From the IMG/VR virus record IMGVR_UViG_3300033273_000499: a DNA stretch of 64,000 nt; one strand, written 5' to 3'. This stretch comes from a virus. The notes below the pieces were generated by a model, which did not search any database, was not told where the DNA came from, and saw only the letters and a program-made list of their open reading frames with translations. Numbering within the stretch: the stretch's first letter is position 1; each line of letters opens with the position of its first letter. Shown here piece by piece: positions 45,968 to 55,976 of this stretch. The translations under genes and the position numbers were made by a program.

Positions 45968-48900
45968 TTAGGACAAACCTCTCGTTCTATAAACATCAGG
46001 AGCAGTAGATAGACCAGATAGTCCGTTATTTGTGTTAACGAAGAAGTCCTTAGGACCATATCTAGTTCTATTCTGGAAGTCGTAAATCTTACCCCATGTA
46101 TATCTACCATATACTCCATTTTCATTCAATGAAGTATTGACATCAATTGCCCCTCCAGTTGGACTTGTAGCAAACATACATCTTACAGTAACAATTCCAG
46201 TCGAAGGAGTTGCATCTACTCTTTCTGCCTGATATACTCCATCAATGAATGACACTGCTACTCCAATTGGTTCAATTAGAGCACCAAAGTTTGTTGTAAT
46301 TCCAGTGAGAGCATGACTTACTGTTGAATTACTATCAAAGATTACAAATCTATCACCTACTTCTATCTGAGAATAGTCAACTCCATAAGTGTTAAGTGCA
46401 GAGTATCCAATTCCCAATGCAGAATTGTCATATTGTTCTGATTGTAAGATGAAATCAATGTGAGTGTTTCCTACACCAATGTACTTGATTACACCAAAGT
46501 CACCCTTTGCCTTGATGGAATAAATCTGCTCATTTAATGCTGTATCGGATTCAACCAGTACTGGTGGTGGAGTTGCTGCAGAGTATCCAAATCCTGGATT
46601 TACCACAGTTATAGAGGAAACTGAACTATTGACTACTGTAGAAATACCTGTTGCTCTGTTATAAATTGGATCTGCGTACATTGCTGTTCCTGCAGTTCCA
46701 ACCAAGAAGTATCTACCTTCTTCAGAGATAACATTATAATTTGATGCTCTCAGATGTGCTGGTGGTGGAGCAGGTAGGAACACCAAGTCGTTAATAAAGT
46801 TTGACTGATTTGTGTCTCTATATGTCCAGTAGGTTAAATCTAGAGAGAATAGAAGTTGTCCTGCTTGATTTGTTGCAACATAGACCCCATACTCATACTT
46901 GATATTGTAAAGATGGTCCGTAATATTTGGTACAACTCTTTGCCAATTTAATTGACCGTGTGGTGATACGAAAATTGTTCCATTATCTCCAACAGCAACA
47001 AATAATGTTCCCGTCCAGGTTACACTGTTGAAGTTTCTAGTTGATGCCAGAGACTGAACTCTATCCCAGAAATTGCCATCTGTAGAGTAAAGAATTAGAC
47101 CACTGTCACCAACAACAACATATCTTCCACCATTATGTGCAACACCATTCAAATTATTAAACGCTCTTGCATTCTTTTCATAGAATGAGGTTGTTCCAAT
47201 TCCTACACCTTGGAATAATCCAGGTCCATCACCTACAGCAATCCAAGAATCCTGAATCTCATTGTATACAATATCATTGAAATCATTTGTATACTGACTG
47301 AATTCAATAACTGGATCAGGGAGACCAAGAACGACCACTTCTTTGAGGAGTTTCATTCCTATTGAAGCACCAATTCCAGTTCCAGTACCAGTAAACCTTA
47401 CTAGTTTTGCATTTGTTCCAGCAGCAACATATGTTGTTGAATCAGCAACACCAACAGAACTGAAGTTAATTTGTGAGTATGACTCTGTACCAACTCCAAT
47501 CGTGCTTGTTCCCCAAGAAATTCCGTTTGTAGTAAATCCAACAAATCCAGAATTACCAACAGCAACAATTGGTTTACCTAGTGTGATGCTGTTGATTGTA
47601 ACATCAGTGGATATTCCAGTATTACTTCCAACCCAGTTAAAGATTGGGTCTTTTCTGCTGATGACTGCAGATGAAATTGCTACATTTGGAGTATCTATTC
47701 TGTGATATCCTGTTCCACCATAAGAAACAGAGATACTAGAGACAGTTCCTGCGGCAGAAACAATTGCAGTAGCAATTGCTGCATTGGCTTCACCAACATC
47801 AACAATTCCAACATCTCTTATATCCTCTTTCATCCCATCAACTGCTTGGAATAATGGGAATGCATTATTTACATAGAGTTTTTCATCTTCTTGACGAACA
47901 TTCTTGATGAGTTTTGTTGTTGGTACTACTCTACTGCTCAAGTCTGGTCTTGATTTTGAATAAAGAACACCATTGATAATCCTATCAGTAGTCTGTTTAG
48001 TCCATCTTAGTGGTCTTTCTGCAGCAGGGTCAGTATTGATACCAATGCTGTCATAAGCAAATGTATCTAGAGCATCTGCAGATACGATTCTCTTCACAAT
48101 ACGTTCAAACTGTGGTCTATCTGCTGGATTGAGAATATTATCACCAATCTGAATAGAATCACCCTCTTTGATGGTTTTTGGTGGGTCTACTTGCTCAACA
48201 TCTAAATCAGAACCTCTATAGAACAAAATAGTGCACTTAGAGTTTGCTTTTGGTGGTTCTGTGAATGATAATCTAGAACCATTGAATGTATATGATTGCA
48301 GTGGTGTCTGAAGAACATCATTGAGGAAAACAAACAAGTTATTTTCCATTGATAAATCAGAACTTGGATTTACCTTTAAACTTAAAATCTCAGTTTTTGC
48401 ACCCTCAGTAACACTCAAGGTGAATTTCTTCTTAAATCCATTAAAGAATCCTGAGATGTCATCAAACTGGACAAATTGTCCAGGATACATTCCACTAAAT
48501 TTGTCTGTCAGTACTTCTTCAACAGTAATTCTAAACTCACTAAATCCTGCACCAACTTGAGTATCAGTTACAATGCCAACTACTCTTAATACGTCTCCAA
48601 CTTTATAATATTCACCTGGTTCTTCTAGTTCAAATCCAATAATATCATTAGCATTTCCAACTACAACAGATGCCTTTGCACCAGTACCATTGCCACTTGA
48701 ACCTGGAATATACTCCAAATCCAAATCACTATACATTGCTGGTTCATCTATATCGATGATTGGTGGATTTGTTACACTATATCCTGTGCCAGCATTTACG
48801 ATGTTAATTGCAGTAATTGTGCCACCAGCACCAATAGTTGCAGTAAGAGATGCACCACTCCCAACTGCTGAGATAACTTCTATCATAGGTGCAGTTCTGT

Positions 48901-50800
48901 AACCCGCACCAAATCCTCTTATATCAATCTGGGCAATACCCCCACCAGAAATAATTGCGGTTGCACCCGCAGAGACAAGAGGTTGATAACCAAATCCAGT
49001 ACTAACTCCTGTTCTAGTTATTCTTCCTGCTCTTGGGGAACCAGATATGAATCTAAGTCTATTTTCACCTGCATTATCAACAGTAAAATCTGTTCCTGAT
49101 ATCTGTGGTACATTATTAATTAGAACTAGTGGATTATTGTTAATATCAATGCCACCAGTAACTACACTGTTTGTATCTGTAAAAACACCAACAACAGACT
49201 TATCTCTACTCTTCAGGTAAAACTCCGTTGACGATGCACTGACGAACTGAGTTGATAGGTCATCAAATACAAGATTTATATCATTTGGTGTTCCTGGATC
49301 AAATCTTCTTGAGAAGACTCTACCACTAAAGGTTGAGTAAGTTTGCAGTCCAACAAAACCAGTTGGTCCATATGGTGGTGTTGTGAAGTGTATATTTCCT
49401 TCTTCAATATTATAATCACCTCTAAGGACTGTTACTGCTGCTCCAACAGTATGATAACCTACTTTAGACCCAATATACCCCCTGGTAACTTCAACGGCAG
49501 TCTCAGACGTTAAACCAATTCTTCTTACCTGGAAGTATTCTTGGTTTATTTGGATGATGTCTGTAGAAGAAACAGATCCAATTCCAGACAAATAAATGAT
49601 GTCTGTTGTAATACCAATGACGTGATTTAGTGTTGGTGAGAGGTCTCTCTTATAAATTGGTGCCTGAATAATATTATCAACAGTAATTAGTGCACTTGCA
49701 TTTGGATTATCATAATTGAGATTATTTTGTCCTGTTCCAAAACTAGTGAAGTTTAGTGGATTTGCTGTTGCTAGACCAGAAACCTGGAATGTGTTATCAT
49801 CAACTTTATCAACATATAGAGTTGATGGTAGTTTATCTGTACCAAGAACTGCAGGTACAAGTCTGAGGTCATCAGCTGGTGAACTTCCACCAATGTAAGT
49901 TCCTGAGATTCCAACAACATCAGTTAAAGCATATCCAACACCACCATTGACAATATTGACTTCATCAATACTACCGTTAGAGTCTCTAGTTACTTCAAAT
50001 ATTGCACCAGTTCCGAAACCAACAGAAGTGTGACTTGGTATATTTGCGTAAGTTGCATCTGCTTCTGCTGGAATTATTGTATTGGTAACACCAGAAACAG
50101 TAAATGTAAGGTCGTTTGCGGGTGTTTGTCCACCCATGTAAGTTCCTGCAATAGAGACAGTATCTCCAGGGGCATATCCTCTACCACCCTCTCTTAAAAT
50201 TAATGAGGTTGATATTGCATCACCAGTTCCTGAGTTATATACAAAGAATACACTAAACTTTGCCTCAGTTCCTACACCACTAGTTGCATAAGATGGGAAT
50301 GGGGTAAATAACCCATAAAATGCATTTTGATTGAAAGAAAAGTCTGGAACTACAGTCGCAGCAATACCAACAACAGTAGTTGAAATTGCTACATTATAAC
50401 CATCTTCTAAAATAGCACTTCCACCAACGTCGGAAAGTGCCATGATGATTGATGATTCTGTTGATGCTACAGAAACATAGTCACCTCTATTAACAACTAT
50501 AGAACTCTCAACATAAGACGTAGTTGCAATACCAACTCTCGTTGCAAGTTCTACAGGAACAGGAAAATATCCACTTCCACGTTCAAGCACAGCAATTCTA
50601 TTAATACTGCCATTTACAATGACAGGATAAAATACACCCTCGACAAGAGGGTCTGTTGTTCCAGTTATAGTAATCTTTGGTGGATCGGTGGCAGCATATC
50701 CACTACCACCATTAAGTACTTCAATAGACTCTACACCAAATTCGTCATCAAATATAGGATTAAACTGTGCACCTGCACCAGGAACGGTTCTTGTTGTCAT
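45968..50800 (-). CDS. gp7-like baseplate protein, C-terminal portion, with Asp-box beta-propeller
   Basis: GGSGY repeats, ITVDNIIQAPI, STFSGRVF.R, DDISGFFNG, FYRGS..DV...K.GD.IQI, S(T)DG..W Asp-box repeats, end GLSGLSTAPDVYR; immediately upstream of gp8. Confidence 0.65.
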   Translation of the reverse strand: MTTRTVPGAGAQFNPIFDDEFGVESIEVLNGGSGYAATDPPKITITGTTDPLVEGVFYPVIVNGSINRIAVLERGSGYFPVPVELATRVGIATTSYVESSIVVNRGDYVSVASTESSIIMALSDVGGSAILEDGYNVAISTTVVGIAATVVPDFSFNQNAFYGLFTPFPSYATSGVGTEAKFSVFFVYNSGTGDAISTSLILREGGRGYAPGDTVSIAGTYMGGQTPANDLTFTVSGVTNTIIPAEADATYANIPSHTSVGFGTGAIFEVTRDSNGSIDEVNIVNGGVGYALTDVVGISGTYIGGSSPADDLRLVPAVLGTDKLPSTLYVDKVDDNTFQVSGLATANPLNFTSFGTGQNNLNYDNPNASALITVDNIIQAPIYKRDLSPTLNHVIGITTDIIYLSGIGSVSSTDIIQINQEYFQVRRIGLTSETAVEVTRGYIGSKVGYHTVGAAVTVLRGDYNIEEGNIHFTTPPYGPTGFVGLQTYSTFSGRVFSRRFDPGTPNDINLVFDDLSTQFVSASSTEFYLKSRDKSVVGVFTDTNSVVTGGIDINNNPLVLINNVPQISGTDFTVDNAGENRLRFISGSPRAGRITRTGVSTGFGYQPLVSAGATAIISGGGIAQIDIRGFGAGYRTAPMIEVISAVGSGASLTATIGAGGTITAINIVNAGTGYSVTNPPIIDIDEPAMYSDLDLEYIPGSSGNGTGAKASVVVGNANDIIGFELEEPGEYYKVGDVLRVVGIVTDTQVGAGFSEFRITVEEVLTDKFSGMYPGQFVQFDDISGFFNGFKKKFTLSVTEGAKTEILSLKVNPSSDLSMENNLFVFLNDVLQTPLQSYTFNGSRLSFTEPPKANSKCTILFYRGSDLDVEQVDPPKTIKEGDSIQIGDNILNPADRPQFERIVKRIVSADALDTFAYDSIGINTDPAAERPLRWTKQTTDRIINGVLYSKSRPDLSSRVVPTTKLIKNVRQEDEKLYVNNAFPLFQAVDGMKEDIRDVGIVDVGEANAAIATAIVSAAGTVSSISVSYGGTGYHRIDTPNVAISSAVISRKDPIFNWVGSNTGISTDVTINSITLGKPIVAVGNSGFVGFTTNGISWGTSTIGVGTESYSQINFSSVGVADSTTYVAAGTNAKLVRFTGTGTGIGASIGMKLLKEVVVLGLPDPVIEFSQYTNDFNDIVYNEIQDSWIAVGDGPGLFQGVGIGTTSFYEKNARAFNNLNGVAHNGGRYVVVGDSGLILYSTDGNFWDRVQSLASTRNFNSVTWTGTLFVAVGDNGTIFVSPHGQLNWQRVVPNITDHLYNIKYEYGVYVATNQAGQLLFSLDLTYWTYRDTNQSNFINDLVFLPAPPPAHLRASNYNVISEEGRYFLVGTAGTAMYADPIYNRATGISTVVNSSVSSITVVNPGFGYSAATPPPVLVESDTALNEQIYSIKAKGDFGVIKYIGVGNTHIDFILQSEQYDNSALGIGYSALNTYGVDYSQIEVGDRFVIFDSNSTVSHALTGITTNFGALIEPIGVAVSFIDGVYQAERVDATPSTGIVTVRCMFATSPTGGAIDVNTSLNENGVYGRYTWGKIYDFQNRTRYGPKDFFVNTNNGLSGLSTAPDVYRTRGLS

Positions 50801-50823
50801 ACGTTTTACTCAGTGTGAGTCAA

Positions 50824-51069
50824 TTATTTGTTGTATACTCCCCTTGGGAACTGTAAACCTCTATGTGGCCTTCTTCCAGTCAAATGAGACTGTCTTATTT
50901 GATTGGGTAAATTAATCACGAGAGGGTCACTGAAAGACAAACTCTTATTAACAGTTCCATTGGTACTGGAAATATTTGATTTACCAACGTCAGCATTCGT
51001 AGCAGTGGTCTTCTGTTCATCGAATGCATCGATGCCTGTAGTAAGTGAAAGAAAAGTGAAATCAGCCAT
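50824..51069 (-). CDS. Small hypothetical protein
   Basis: ATG at 51069 overlaps the upstream TGA (TGATG); ends RRPHRGLQFPRGVYNK. Confidence 0.65.
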   Translation of the reverse strand: MADFTFLSLTTGIDAFDEQKTTATNADVGKSNISSTNGTVNKSLSFSDPLVINLPNQIRQSHLTGRRPHRGLQFPRGVYNK

Positions 51070-53033
51070 CAAACAGTCCTCGCACAGAATAGAATTCCTC
51101 TTGTTACTGTAGATTGATTATATGATGCAACAATTACCTCATAAACTTCACTTCCACTGATAGTAACTGTATCTCCCTGTTGAATATTTACACCACCTAG
51201 ATTATATCTGAAGTCAATCAGAACAAAATCATCTGGCATATAATATGGACAAGGAACCAATTTACTACTCATTGGCATTCCTTTTATGACTGCATTAAAG
51301 TTAAGTTCATCATCCAAGAGACTTCCATACAATCCTTGAGTTCTTGTGTTGTCTACTCTGACATCTCTATTATAAACACGAATATCATTACCACCGAGAC
51401 TATAATCTGACTGAACACTTCTATACGTGTCACTGACATATTCAGCAATGTATCTGTCACCGTAGAATTCACTAAATCCTGCTTCTGCAGTTCTCATAGA
51501 TGGTTTACGATATAAACCACCCCAACTACTATAACTCTCAAATTTTCCATGAAGATGTGTTCTAAATTCAATTCCTGGATTTGTAGAATTACCAGAATCG
51601 TCAGGACGTATCATGGTCATACCACCAAGGAATTCGTGGTCATAATCAAATACATTGCTGTTGTAATTATGCATGACGAAAGTTCCATCGCTATGCACAC
51701 TACCACTGAAGCTAGTAGTCGAGACAGTTGGTCTCTTATATGAGAATACTGCAAAGTTAGGGTCAATAGAAGACCTGTAAACATTCAAATCTAGTTGATA
51801 TCCTACTTGGTTACCAGTTTTAATGGAAGTTGCATGTCCGTGTTCTCTACTTCCCGAACTGTATCCACTCCACTGATTTTCAAAGGAATGAGTAGTCTCA
51901 AATACATTATATGGAACATCTAATCTAGGTGCTCCAGCAAATCTCTTTCCATGAACATAGAATCCTGTTCTATCATCAATAGTAGATCCTGGTAGGTACT
52001 CTGGTCCTGTGGTATCACTTGTATAATTTTCCGTATTAAATGGAACATACGCAGCAGAAGCACCAATATAAAGGTTATTGGATGAATCAAAGTTGAAACT
52101 TCTATAAACTGTTCCGTAATACTTAGAACTATCAATAACTAATTTTAATATACCAACATTCTGAGTATCAGTTCTAGTTAGAAGTGAATCATGCCAATTT
52201 TGGGTATCAGTTCCAAATGTTGCTGTAACAATACCCGTTGATGGTGCTGGACTTACAAAAATGTGTGGAACAAAATCTGCATAAGTATTAGCACTGTCAT
52301 CTGTAACCCAATAACTTCCTGCCTGACCAACTAGTGGAGTCCAAGTTATTGTTCCACCAACTGAAGCATTAGCATTCTTTACATTCCAAACATAATTGTC
52401 ATTACTAGGGGTGTCACCTTGAGTTTTACCAAATCCAATAATATTAAGATCGTAAGCATTTGAATCTTGATTATTGAAAATTTTTAAGGTATCACCTTCT
52501 TGAATATGGATTGCTGCTGCTTGACCAGTTACTAATCCAACTCTATCTGTTCCACCTGCATGGTAGTGACCAGTAAATGCAATAGATACTGTTTGTGCAA
52601 TTCCTGGGTCTACAGTATCTTCTGTGTGTATTTTTACTTGGAAGTTTACCTGACCATTTGCAAGACCACCGAAATCATCACCATTCAGAGTAAGAATTTC
52701 ACCACCAGTGTATCCATGTCCAACTCTATTGACTCTAATGTTTTTAAATTCCCTATTATAGAAATCTAGTCTAAAACTTGCTCCAGTTCCAATTCCAGTT
52801 GTTGCAATTGGTTTTACATCAAAAAAGTACTCCCAACTAGTTCCATATGATTCTGATAAGTCATTTGGAAGACCAATAAATGTGGTAACTCCAGCTACTA
52901 GACCTTGCTCTGATGGTCCATGCCAGCCCAACCAACCAAGTGCCTTCTCCATCTGGTAGTATAGGTCTACATTAGTCCAATCAGGACCAGCATCTGCAGT
53001 ATTAAGACCGACTGTATACTTTGTAATTGCCAT
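51069..53033 (-). CDS. Putative fibre / receptor-binding structural protein
   Basis: 654 aa; GTGASF...G.GYTGGE module; C-terminal AVIKGMP...PCPYYMPDDFVLI...GDTVTISGSEVYEVI. Confidence 0.55.
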   Translation of the reverse strand: MAITKYTVGLNTADAGPDWTNVDLYYQMEKALGWLGWHGPSEQGLVAGVTTFIGLPNDLSESYGTSWEYFFDVKPIATTGIGTGASFRLDFYNREFKNIRVNRVGHGYTGGEILTLNGDDFGGLANGQVNFQVKIHTEDTVDPGIAQTVSIAFTGHYHAGGTDRVGLVTGQAAAIHIQEGDTLKIFNNQDSNAYDLNIIGFGKTQGDTPSNDNYVWNVKNANASVGGTITWTPLVGQAGSYWVTDDSANTYADFVPHIFVSPAPSTGIVTATFGTDTQNWHDSLLTRTDTQNVGILKLVIDSSKYYGTVYRSFNFDSSNNLYIGASAAYVPFNTENYTSDTTGPEYLPGSTIDDRTGFYVHGKRFAGAPRLDVPYNVFETTHSFENQWSGYSSGSREHGHATSIKTGNQVGYQLDLNVYRSSIDPNFAVFSYKRPTVSTTSFSGSVHSDGTFVMHNYNSNVFDYDHEFLGGMTMIRPDDSGNSTNPGIEFRTHLHGKFESYSSWGGLYRKPSMRTAEAGFSEFYGDRYIAEYVSDTYRSVQSDYSLGGNDIRVYNRDVRVDNTRTQGLYGSLLDDELNFNAVIKGMPMSSKLVPCPYYMPDDFVLIDFRYNLGGVNIQQGDTVTISGSEVYEVIVASYNQSTVTRGILFCARTV

Positions 53034-53040
53034 TTTTTAA

Positions 53041-55944
53041 TTATGCCTCCAGTTGAAGAATGGTGAGGTTTGCTGTAATGGATTGTGTACTACCTGACAA
53101 GTTTTTGATAGAAACATATAATGTATCGGAAACAGGGTCATCCATATTTCCACCCATAGCAAAAGGAGTAATCATCTGCTGTGTTGAGATACCAGTAGTT
53201 ACAACTTCAGCAATCACACCACTTCCAGGTGTTGGGTCTTCCCCAATACCTCTATTAACATCATTATCTCTTGATGTGCTATCTGTATATAGTCTAATCC
53301 AAGCCTCAGTTGATAGACCAACTTTCATGATGGCATATGACTTGAATGCAGTTACTGATGCGAATCCAACTGCATCATCAGCAATGGATGTTGTTGATGC
53401 AGAAACTACAGTTCTGGACTGTAGTGAACCACCAGATGAAGTAACAGTTACGACACCTGCAGATACTGGTGAGACATCTAAACCAGTACCAAAATTGATG
53501 GTTCCAGCAGAACCAACAATACTATTATCATCCTTAATTTCAATACCAGTACCAGATGCAATAACACCAGTTAGTGCAGAACCATCTAGTGCTGGTAGAG
53601 CACCTGATAGTTGTCCTGCTGGAAGATTAGTTAGGTTTGCACCAGAACCAGAGAAAGTTGTTGCAGTTACTGTGCCATCAATACTTGCATCACCAGCAAC
53701 AGTTAAAGTGCTAGTAATAGTGGTTGTTCCAATACCAACCTGTCCATTGTTGATACTGAGACCATCAACCTCACTAGAACCAGTTTTAAATACCCACTCA
53801 TCATTTACATATGAGTAGATTGCCATCTGTTGCACGAAAGTGCCATCACTGGTAGTTTTTTCTATGGCAAAATATTGTCCACCACCAAAAGGAACACTAT
53901 TATTTAAATGTACTATTTGAGTTCCATTAGATGAGTTTAGAAGTTCAACTCTTGGACCGTGGAATTGATTTGCGTTATTTGAATATAAAGTTAATTCTGG
54001 ATCATTTTTTACGGAACTGCTATTTGTTAACAATGCACTTTGATTAAGACCAGAATCGGCAGTCTTTATCTCATCATTAGCAGTAACACTTCCAACAGTG
54101 ATATCTGGAATTCCCGCAAGTGCATAAGCAGTTGTTGCTGCAGATACAGAACTTGCACCAGCAACAGTAGCAGTTCCTTGGAAGAACGAAACATCAAGGT
54201 TATCAGTAAAGTTGACTGTAGAAGCAGTACCTACAGTGACTCCAAAACCTTGAATCTCAACACCAGTTCCAACTGCTGTGACGTTAAGAAGATTGCTTCC
54301 ATCCAGTGCAGGGAGAGCACCAGTTAGTTGTGATGACTGAAGAGTACCATCAAAAGCAGTTGCTTTGACTGTTCCTTCAACCTGAAGTTTTTCAGAAGCA
54401 CTTGGAGTTCCAATTGCAACATTACCAGAACTATCTGCCCAAAGTTTTACATTTCCAAGACCATCAGAAATGATAACATTATTAGATGAAGTTCTAATGT
54501 CTATATTGTTTAGATTTCCATTATGTGAACCTAAAATGACATTATAACTTCCAGAGGTAATATTTTGTCCTGCTCTATCACCAAAGACGTAGTTGTACTG
54601 ACCAGTTGTTGTTGAATTAAGAGCAAACTCACCGATAGCAATGTTGTGTCCTTGTCCACCAGAAAGGTTGAATATTGCTTGGTCACCAACACCAATATTT
54701 CTACCAGATCCACTTCCAGCAGCACTATTACCAACCTTGATATTTGAACTTGCAGGAATATCAATGTGTCCTGGTGTAACTGTTGCGACTCCAGAAACTA
54801 CATTTATACCATCACTAAAGTCAGCTCCACCCTCGACAGTAAGTTGTGCTGTAATAGCAGTAGTACCAATACCAACTTTACCTGTAGTGGTAACTCCAGC
54901 TGCTCTTGACTGCCATACTGAGTCAGAGTCAACATCGATTGTAATCTCACCAGTTGAATTGGAGAGGGTAACATTAGCACCGCCAACCAGTGATGTAACA
55001 ATGCCAGTCAATCCAGAAGCATTACCAAGATATGAAGTAGCACTGTGAACTCCACTTACTACTACATCTGTTGCTGTCAGAATACCAGAAACACCAAGGT
55101 TTCCAAGAATATCTACACCTATATCTAAGGTTCTTAGTTTTCTATCACCATTGTAATAGAGAATAGAACCTTCACCTGCTACTGCAGAGAATACGTTATT
55201 ATTACCGTCACCAATTCTAATAGAAGAACTAGTATCAATCCTCAAATCTACTGCGTCATAGTAGATTGATGCGTCAGATTGACCACCAGAACCCATATTG
55301 AGTCTAACACCATCCTGCAGACTAACAGCACCGTTTCCACCCCTTACAGTCAACGTCCCTCCATGGACATCAAGCAATGAAGTTGTGGTATTAGTTCCAA
55401 TACCAACATTGGAGGAAGTAACAATACCAGAAACAATTGTTGTCCACTGGGTTGAAATTGCTTCCTGGGCAGTAGAATTGATGGTTACTCTACCACCAGT
55501 CTGTGAGACTGATACATTTGCACCCGCAAGAATACTGGTAACAATACCAGTTAAGTATCCACCAGGACCAAGATACCTTGCTGCAGTTATAATTCCAACT
55601 TCTATATCTGGTGTTCCAGTCAATTCCTGTGCATAAAGTGCAACAGTAGAAATGCCAGAAACGTTGGCATAACTCGTTGCTGATGCAACACCAGCAAGTG
55701 CCGAATAAGTGGTAAATCCAGCAGTAGTTGCAGATGAAGATATACCCGCAGAAGTTGCGTATCCAGCAACTGTAGAGAATCCAGCAGTACTTGCAAACGC
55801 AATGGAGTTTGTTATGGTGGTTCCATTACCGAGGGCAGAGTAAATCTCATCAAAATTGCTATTAATTTTGATAGCACCAGACAGTAGTGAATCACCTAAT
55901 CCATCGTTCGGTGCAGAACCAGTACTTATCCCTAATTTCGCCAT
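53041..55944 (-). CDS. Fibre protein with T4 gp9/gp10-like baseplate-attachment N-terminus
   Basis: TGSAPNDGLGDSLLSGAIKINSNFDEIY N-terminal motif; NVGIGT fibre motifs; short NIAIG repeat block. Confidence 0.7.
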   Translation of the reverse strand: MAKLGISTGSAPNDGLGDSLLSGAIKINSNFDEIYSALGNGTTITNSIAFASTAGFSTVAGYATSAGISSSATTAGFTTYSALAGVASATSYANVSGISTVALYAQELTGTPDIEVGIITAARYLGPGGYLTGIVTSILAGANVSVSQTGGRVTINSTAQEAISTQWTTIVSGIVTSSNVGIGTNTTTSLLDVHGGTLTVRGGNGAVSLQDGVRLNMGSGGQSDASIYYDAVDLRIDTSSSIRIGDGNNNVFSAVAGEGSILYYNGDRKLRTLDIGVDILGNLGVSGILTATDVVVSGVHSATSYLGNASGLTGIVTSLVGGANVTLSNSTGEITIDVDSDSVWQSRAAGVTTTGKVGIGTTAITAQLTVEGGADFSDGINVVSGVATVTPGHIDIPASSNIKVGNSAAGSGSGRNIGVGDQAIFNLSGGQGHNIAIGEFALNSTTTGQYNYVFGDRAGQNITSGSYNVILGSHNGNLNNIDIRTSSNNVIISDGLGNVKLWADSSGNVAIGTPSASEKLQVEGTVKATAFDGTLQSSQLTGALPALDGSNLLNVTAVGTGVEIQGFGVTVGTASTVNFTDNLDVSFFQGTATVAGASSVSAATTAYALAGIPDITVGSVTANDEIKTADSGLNQSALLTNSSSVKNDPELTLYSNNANQFHGPRVELLNSSNGTQIVHLNNSVPFGGGQYFAIEKTTSDGTFVQQMAIYSYVNDEWVFKTGSSEVDGLSINNGQVGIGTTTITSTLTVAGDASIDGTVTATTFSGSGANLTNLPAGQLSGALPALDGSALTGVIASGTGIEIKDDNSIVGSAGTINFGTGLDVSPVSAGVVTVTSSGGSLQSRTVVSASTTSIADDAVGFASVTAFKSYAIMKVGLSTEAWIRLYTDSTSRDNDVNRGIGEDPTPGSGVIAEVVTTGISTQQMITPFAMGGNMDDPVSDTLYVSIKNLSGSTQSITANLTILQLEA

Positions 55945-55965
55945 TACACGATAAACATTTATTTT

Positions 55966-55972
55966 TATTTAT
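55966..55972 (-). promoter_or_regulatory. Late promoter core ATAAATA
   Basis: Plus-strand tatttat, 22 nt upstream of the ATG at 55944. Confidence 0.6.
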
Positions 55973-55976
55973 GGCA

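Noticed and set aside
53060-53818. 252-aa plus-strand ORF and other antisense ORFs (353..727, 24183..24877, 21267..21680, 47343..47705, 54641..55048)
   Set aside because: Antisense shadows of Gly/Thr/Ser-rich genes (Pro/Val-rich translations), with no SD, promoter or recognisable motifs.
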